Source: Fistulifera solaris (Eukaryota). From it: a DNA stretch of 64,000 nucleotides. Shown here one piece after another: positions 57,206 through 64,000 of the stretch. The notes under the pieces were generated by a model. It was not told where the DNA came from and made no database searches. It was given only the letters and a program-made list of their open reading frames with translations. Both the position numbers and the translations under genes were made by a program. Every line of letters begins with the position of its first letter. Within the stretch, counting starts at the first letter, position 1. The stretch is taken from contig AP026136.1 in NCBI GenBank assembly GCA_030295235.1, forward strand, positions 1-64,000, written 5' to 3'.

Positions 57206-58871
57206 ATGTATCCGCACCGTTTTCGATGTACGGCAGCAATCACGAGGCGCTTTTTTGCTTCGAAATCCAACAAAAGAAACCTCCCTCCGTACATTCGTCA
57301 AACAAGAAAGCGTCGCCTTCATTAATTCTCTCTTCTGAACCGAAACTGATCAAATCTCCTCCACTATTTTACAACAATATACAATTATCGTCGGAACAGA
57401 CGTTCCGAGATTCACAATTCAATCTGCATAACAAGAACGATGATTCATTGTATTCATTGGAAGAGGCAAAAGATTTGTACCGTCCTGATTTGCATCTACC
57501 ATCAGCGCCACATTCCTGGGAAGGTTACGAACCGGCAACACCGCTCAGTGATGTTATCACCGCTCTGATTGGTGTGACCGGACGACCTATATCGGTCGCA
57601 GAGTTCATGCGCATGGCGTTGACGCACCCCGAATATGGCTATTACACGCATGGCAAAACGATGACGGAAGGGGATGAATTTGATCGGGATGATCATAGTG
57701 ACGCAAAAGAAGACTATGTGATTGGTGGTGATTTCATTACAGCACCAGAAATATCTCAAATTTTTGGAGAATGTTTGGGCGTTTGGTATTATACGCAATG
57801 GGTCCAACAAGGTAAACCTGACGAATGGCAATGGCTCGAGTGTGGACCGGGGAAAGGCACTTTGACGGCGGACTTTCTACGATTTGCGCGTTTGGACGAG
57901 GCGTTTGAAAATCGTGTCGGGCTGTGCATTTAATCGAAGCCAGTCCAGTTTTGCGTCAGAAGCAACAAGAAACGCTGCAGGCGTGTCAACCGAAGATCTC
58001 GTTTGTTTTCCATCAATCAACGGAGCAATCAACTGAATCTAACGATGCCATTCATGTATACTGGCATAACACATGGCAACAATTTCGGGAAACCACCTCA
58101 TCGCGGTGTACGTTTGCCGTTTGTCAAGAATTTTTAGACGCTCTACCGGTGTATGCTTTTGAAAAAACGAAGCACGGTTACTGGCGAGAAAGACTGGTCG
58201 ATGTTGCCGTGCGTGATGAATGTCTTCAAGATGACGATGATTGGCCTCAACTGGCTGCTATAGAGGCACCTCACGGCGCTAAAAAGACCCGCTTTCGATT
58301 GGTCCTCGCTCCAGAAGCCACGCCTGCACTGAAAACTCTTTTGAAGACTGATGAGCAGGGATACCGTCGTTCTGGTGACATCGCAAGTATTACAGCAAAA
58401 GCCGACAAAGACATTCCGAGTGGGTCTGTCGTGGAAGTCAGTCCTGAGAGTATTTTTATGGCCCAAGACTTGGCACAAACCATTCAATCCATGGGGCGGA
58501 GCTGCACTTATCATAGACTACGGACAAGTTGGAACGACTGACACGATTCGTGGATTCACGCAACATCGACAGGTACCTTTCTTATCGCAACCAGGCCAGG
58601 TTGATGTGACAGCTGATGTAGATTTTGGTGCTCTCTGCCACGCCATTCCTGATCAAGCTCACGGACCCGTCGGACAGGGAGAGTTTTTGATGCGTATGGG
58701 TTTGCAAGAGCGAGTTGTGCAATTGCTGGAACGAGATGATGTAACAGACGAACAAGCGGAGGATATTTATCAATCTATGGTACGATTGGCGTCTCCGGGA
58801 AGAAATGGGGACGAAATACAAAGTGATGGGTATTGTCCCGACGGGGGACCTAAACACCGCCCGGCTTTTGA
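57206..58871 (+). CDS. NDUFAF7: Mitochondrial protein arginine methyltransferase NDUFAF7/MidA (about 4-5 apparent 1-bp frameshifts)
   Basis: 'PISVAEFMRMALTHPEYGYY', 'GDFITAPEISQIFGE', 'LECGPGKGTL', 'HLIEASPVLRQKQ', 'QEFLDALP', 'GAALIIDYG', 'PGQVDVTADVDF' and 'EEMGTKYKV'. An alternative-frame start MYPHRFRCTAAITRRFFASK looks like a mitochondrial presequence. Confidence 0.9.
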
Positions 58872-59172
58872 GACAGAAATACCTGGTAAGCAGTACTTTC
58901 ACTATTATGCGTCAATACCGGTTGGGTGCGATTTTGCGAACCATGGCGCTTGACGTGCACCCTTTTTGACACCTTTCTCATTCATTTGTCATATTTCTGT
59001 ACATCGGTTTCGTCCATTGCTCGGCTCGTCGATAGTCCTCTTGACTCCGTAATAGTTTTTCTCATTGTTATTTGCGGCTCGTCACGCCAATCGACGAAAG
59101 ATATTTTGTTGATGACTTTCGTCCTCGGCGCAGCAGTCAATTTAAAACAGAAAAGCACAAACAATACGTGAA

Positions 59173-59837
59173 ATGAAGCGGTCCAGTTCCAGTGTATTCC
59201 CCATCCTGTCGGTGTTTCTATCGTGCTCGACTTCAAGTGCCTTCGTTGTTTCGTCGGAAGCAAACGCAATCATTACTCCCTCTTCAAGTGGTTCACGACG
59301 GTTTAGTCATTAATCTGAGCGATGAAAACTATGTCGAAGTTCTTCGCGAAGACAAACCTGTTCTCGTTGAGTAAGTCGCCGCTGCTTGCGGTCACCTGTC
59401 CACCTTCCGATACTCTTCTAACGGTTCCTTGCATCTCCAGCATTTTTGCGCCCTGGTGTGGCCCCTGTCGATTGCTCGAGCCAGTGATATCGAGTATTGC
59501 TGAAAAATACCAAGATCGCTTGCTCGTTGCTCGGTACGATGTGGAGTCCAACAATCCCAACTTTAAAGTGGAACTTGTCTTGCAGCAACATTTGCCACGT
59601 AAATTACCGAGCTTGCTTTTATTCAAAAATGGCAAAGTGACTTGGTCGAGAAGTGGATTGATTTCAGAAGAGAAACTTGAATTGCTGTTGCTCGAACAGC
59701 TCGATGCAGCTTCAAGCACAGCAGGTTTCCTCCATTTAGCTAGGCATGAGAACGACTCCTACATGCTATCCGAGTGTCAGCAGATTGAAGAACCCACATC
59801 TCGAAAGCTGCAAGTCGCCATACGGTGGCTCAACTAG
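59173..59837 (+). CDS. Thioredoxin (WCGPC), plastid-targeted; intron 59371-59440, frameshift near 59250
   Basis: Spliced KPVLVD|IFAPWCGPCRLLEP. N-terminus MKRSSSSVFPILSVFLSCSTSSA-FVV. The intron is GTAAGT...CTCCAG. Confidence 0.88.
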
Positions 59838-60670
59838 CTCACATATCATTCGATGCATGCATCTTTTTATTGCAGTTAAATTCCTAGGACTTTCGCGAGC
59901 TATCCGAGTCTCGCGCCAAAACTAAAAGAAAAATTTAATTGCGTTAATGGTCAACAACAGTTGTAGAAGAATACCTACCTTTCAAGGCTTTTAGGCTAGA
60001 GATGAAGGTTCCTCTCAAATTATTCAGTCTAGTTATTTATGCTCGATACTCGATCCCTAATGCAATAAGTCTTGATTGAATTTTTAGTCCCATCTAAACA
60101 AAATCAGCAGTCAACGGATCAGGCCCATAAGATAAGTGTTTTAAGCCCAACATAAAAATTTACAGTACAGTTGTCCTCTTTCACGAGTAGATCATAACTG
60201 TAGAAAATGAGACACAAGAAGCTCAGTTGGCAATAAGCAATAAGATATAGTCTACTAGCTTGACTTTTGACGTTTTAACGCTTGTTTGTGATAGAGAGGT
60301 ATTTTGGCGTTATTTCATTCTTCCGCATTCATAGTCCAGATCTAGTTTATAATGATAAGTACAACAATCGAAGCCCAAGAACTGAATTTTTGTCTTGAAA
60401 ATGTCGGAGTTGGACTGATGGACAGTAAGGTCCGATTTCAAAAACGCTTTCTCCCCACTCCCACCACTATCAACTCCGGGTCGTTGACTGTACAACTCCG
60501 TCATGGTTTTTGAATGACACATTGAATTGCACACAAATCGAGCGGCAAAAGATTCGAACACCATGGAAAGGAGTCTAATGTTTGGTGATGATACTCAAAC
60601 AATCATCATGAACACTCCGTTGTGTCACAATCTTCCCATTGCTGTTCGATTTACAAAACAATGTCTCATC

Positions 60671-61163
60671 ATGCAGTCTTCACCATCAATAGCCGCGGCG
60701 TCGATCACCGTATCGCCACAGAAGCGCGTCCGATTCTCCCTCGCAACAAGATGTCAACATTCCTTCCCCTGCACCTTTAGAGAACGCTACCCAATCGGAG
60801 CTGTGGTATTCCGCCGATGAAATGGCGGCTTTTGAATTCGAAGCTAGACAGTTATCCATCCTTGTGTATAGGAGTCTACTGCAACAACATTTAGAGGATA
60901 CACCGGCATTAGCCTTGGGCCCGCACACACGGGGACTCGAGACAAGAGGCTGCATCCAACGTCAATTGTTACGACGACAAGCTCGGGCTTATATTCGTCA
61001 AATCCAACAGGGGCGCACTGCTGATGAGCTAGCCGAAGTGGCTCGCGAGATGAATGCTTGGGCAAAACATCTTGCCTACGAAGAAGCCGCCCGAGACTTT
61101 GATCGGGCCTATGCCGATGAATCGAACAAACGAAAATTTGACGCTTTGCAAGAACACAGCTGA
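60671..61163 (+). CDS. Hypothetical protein of a common diatom family (K-x-V-R-F ... WYS..E ... TRGLE pattern); frameshift near 60778
   Basis: 'QKRVRFS', 'ELWYSADEMAAFEFEAR', 'HTRGLE' and 'A.EEAARD'. Confidence 0.65.
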
Positions 61164-61444
61164 CAGACACTGCGTTTTTGATAGTTCTCGATCGTGACTT
61201 GATAAAACGCAAAGGGGGTGCAGAAAGTTGATGGGGACAGCAAAGAAATTCATAAACGAATACAATTTTGATAGAGGTAACATGTATTAGAAATTCCTAG
61301 AGAATATAGTCTACTTCATCTACATCATGTAAAGGCTCATTAACAAATCAAAAGACGATTTAAGATCCTTTTCTCGACAGCAATCGAGCTAGCTAGAGGT
61401 AAAGACTTGCCATCTGCCACCGCAGAATTTAGTTTGCTCACCCC

Positions 61445-61479
61445 CGATCGATCGATCGATCGATCGATCGATCGATCGA
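61445..61479. repeat. (GATC)n microsatellite, ~8 copies, self-complementary
   Basis: CGATCGATCG... run visible directly in the sequence. Confidence 0.9.
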
Positions 61480-61920
61480 AAAACGCGCCATCTGTCACTG
61501 TTTTTGGCACGTGCTAGGAATAAATATGAAACGGAGTCGCCCTCAACATCGGCACTCCGACTCGCCCACTCTTGACTGAATAAGGGGCAATAATCTGTTT
61601 CTGGGTTCAGTACTGGTGACTGCTGAGTGACACTGTACATTCTTGTAATGTGGAATTCTCGATGCGTCAGAAAGAACGTTGTTTGGGACTTGAAGCTTGA
61701 AGCCGAATTCCGAACACTTTTTAGAACCGATCCGATGAGAGGTTAAATTCAACGAGTGTCTGTTGTCTGTTCGCCCATCAGTGAATGTGATGGGCATTCA
61801 ATTCTCCTTCATCGTCATCCGCCATCATTCATCATTCATCATTCAGAAAATTGAAGTTCCGATCGTCGTCGTTCTTATCTAATTAGTTGATAAAGAAGAC
61901 ATCCCTTCCCTGCTCTTACA

Positions 61921-63791
61921 ATGACAACGATAATAACACTCATTGTATCACTTATTGTTATTTCTTTCACACAAGCATGGATTTCAATACCGGCAGCGCA
62001 TCATCGAAATTCTTTCGTTTCGACCGAATTATCACTCGCACGTTATCGACCCGATACGAACAAACGTCCAACGAATGACGATGCCAGCAATGAGTCAACG
62101 GATGATGGCGTCACGGGGCAGGGTTCCAACTGGTTAGAGAGGTCTTTTCCGATTCCGCAAGAAAAAATTGACGCGAAAACGGTCATGGATTACAATTTAG
62201 GATTATCGGGTGTGAGTTTTGGGACGGGTCCCTTGTCGGGGCGGATGTACGCTGCCATGACACAACGATCCTCTGCTTTACAGCAAGCGCCACGAGAAAT
62301 GAGAGACGAAATAGTGGGAACGTTGCGTGTTTATGCGATGGATTTTACGGCCAAAGAAGCCACCAAAGTCGCCTTGAATCAGAATGGACTCGAAATGGTA
62401 CTACAAGACGATGAGCAAGATCAAGGAATGTGGGGAGATGTTGATTCGATTCAGCTGCTGGATGAAAATGATCAGCCCATTGGTCCTATGTACGACGATT
62501 GGGAAGATGCCGCTAAAAACTGGACACCGGGGCAAGCGTTTGATTTTGTAGTGCGACAAGTTCCTGCCAAAGTACGAGAGCTTTCGTTGGAAGAACTGTT
62601 GCAAGCTCTAGATCCGGATGGATCTTTACGAGAAGAAGGAAAGGCTATGAATATGAATCTCATTCCGACAACCGATAATTTGCAATCTTTGGAGGATATG
62701 GCGGGTGAGAATCGACGAAGAGTAGAGCTATCTCCACAAGACACAGAAAGTGTATTTACAGGATACCCCGAAAAAGAGGTTATCGAGTTATCACCGCAGA
62801 TGCCTTGAGAGACTGTTGGCGACAATCTGATCGTGATACGTTTCTCGACAATCCTACGGTACTGCACGTAATGGATGCACTCGTGTCACACGGTTGTTTG
62901 GTAGTTGATTTGCAAAATACAGATGCTCTCGAGGGATTATGGAAGACAGTGGAAGAAGTTTTTGCCTCGGAAGATACATATTCACCTCTAAGGACTGCCA
63001 CGGAGACAGGTTCTTCGTACGCGAAAGTGGGCTATGTCGAATATGACACCATGGCGTTTCTAGAAACTAGGAGAATCGGTGATGGTGGTATGTTACCCGA
63101 TGAATTGAGTCCCGAGCAACAGCAATCTCTCCAAAACGCATTTACAAGTATTTGGGATGTATCTCGTAACGTCATTCGTATTGCCATGGCGGCGAGTACG
63201 TTGGAAGACGAAGCGAATAACGATGATATTACGGAAGGCGACATAAATTTTGATCCGTTCCAAGCAGCCGACTGGGCTGCAGAAGAACTCGTCGATCATG
63301 GTGGATCTGGTGGAAGTGTCAGTATGAGCCCGCATCGTTTGTGTCGTTACTATTCTCCCTCTACCGACGCGGGAAGCAAAGATGACCAGAAATACAGAGA
63401 AGTGTTTGGAGCTCATACTGATTCGACCTTTATCACGGCTGTTCCAGTAGCTACCGTTCCCGGACTTGAAGTGTACGATGAAGCGGCCGAACGATGGTAT
63501 CGACCCGAGGCTTTACTCACATCCTCACATTGCCGCTATGTTGTTCTGGTACCGGGTGAATTTTTACAGCTGTTGACACGTCAAGAAATCTTGGCCAGCG
63601 TCCATCGTGTGGTTGTCGGGGCCGAACAACGATTTAGCGCACCCTTATTACTTCGCGGTCGACCAGAGGCTGTCTGGAACGTGCAACGGTACTTTGGATC
63701 GTCGGCGTTGACATCCAATACATTACTGCAAGAATGTGACGGACGGACTATGGAAGAAATTCATGCCGCCATGCAAAACTCATTTCAATAA
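61921..63791 (+). CDS. 2OG-Fe(II) oxygenase family protein, plastid-targeted (frameshift near 62770)
   Basis: HxD...H triad ('AHTDSTFIT', 'SVHRV') and 'RFSAPLLLRG'. Signal peptide plus TQA-W motif. The two ORFs overlap by 4 bp. Confidence 0.82.
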
Positions 63792-64000
63792 TAGTAAGAA
63801 GAAGATTTGAAGCGCTACGCAATAATTGATATTATTTCAAAAAGACTCGGTCTGTATACGATTACTACTTCGTTTGCGACATTCACCGGGCATGTTCTAG
63901 TACAATCTTCGCTTCGCGTTTCTTACAACCGAGTACATTTATAGCATGTATTTCCTTCGATATCGTCTCCCCTAACCGGTGCTCCAGTTCCATCTCGTGT

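Overview
This is the left end of a eukaryotic nuclear chromosome, almost certainly a diatom. The evidence is a (TAACCC)n telomere, compact genes with short GT-AG introns, several signal-peptide plus 'SAF/AF/AW' plastid presequences, and CoDi-like copia elements. The order is: telomere (1-66), a nested G-poor subtelomeric satellite (67-1935), two further tandem arrays (to ~3740), then about 22 protein genes and two complete, recently inserted Ty1/copia LTR retrotransposons with intact 5-bp target-site duplications (TSDs). One of these splits a PLAC8 gene. Recognisable genes include PRP28/DDX23, a PH-START-EDR2 protein, an M23 peptidase, a membrane desaturase, phosphoglycolate phosphatase, an HSF, a CYTH protein, a GNAT, Mrs2/CorA, NDUFAF7, a thioredoxin and a 2OG-Fe(II) oxygenase. 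The most intriguing item is a pair of paralogous, apparently plastid-targeted ~1300-1400 aa proteins (8971-13224 + and 16230-20075 -). Each combines a SufE-like domain with long disordered tails of repeated Trp/Pro motifs (K-x-G-W-[SGKQ]-P), reminiscent of the diatom pyrenoid Rubisco-linker motif KWSP, and one also carries a degenerate MnmA-like domain. The two retroelements share unusual features: non TG..CA LTR ends, half-tRNA priming, a conserved hairpin at the gag/pol junction, and a hydrophobic insert before the protease. Many genes carry 1-bp frameshifts that look like assembly indel errors. All domain calls come from motif recognition by eye; no searches were run.
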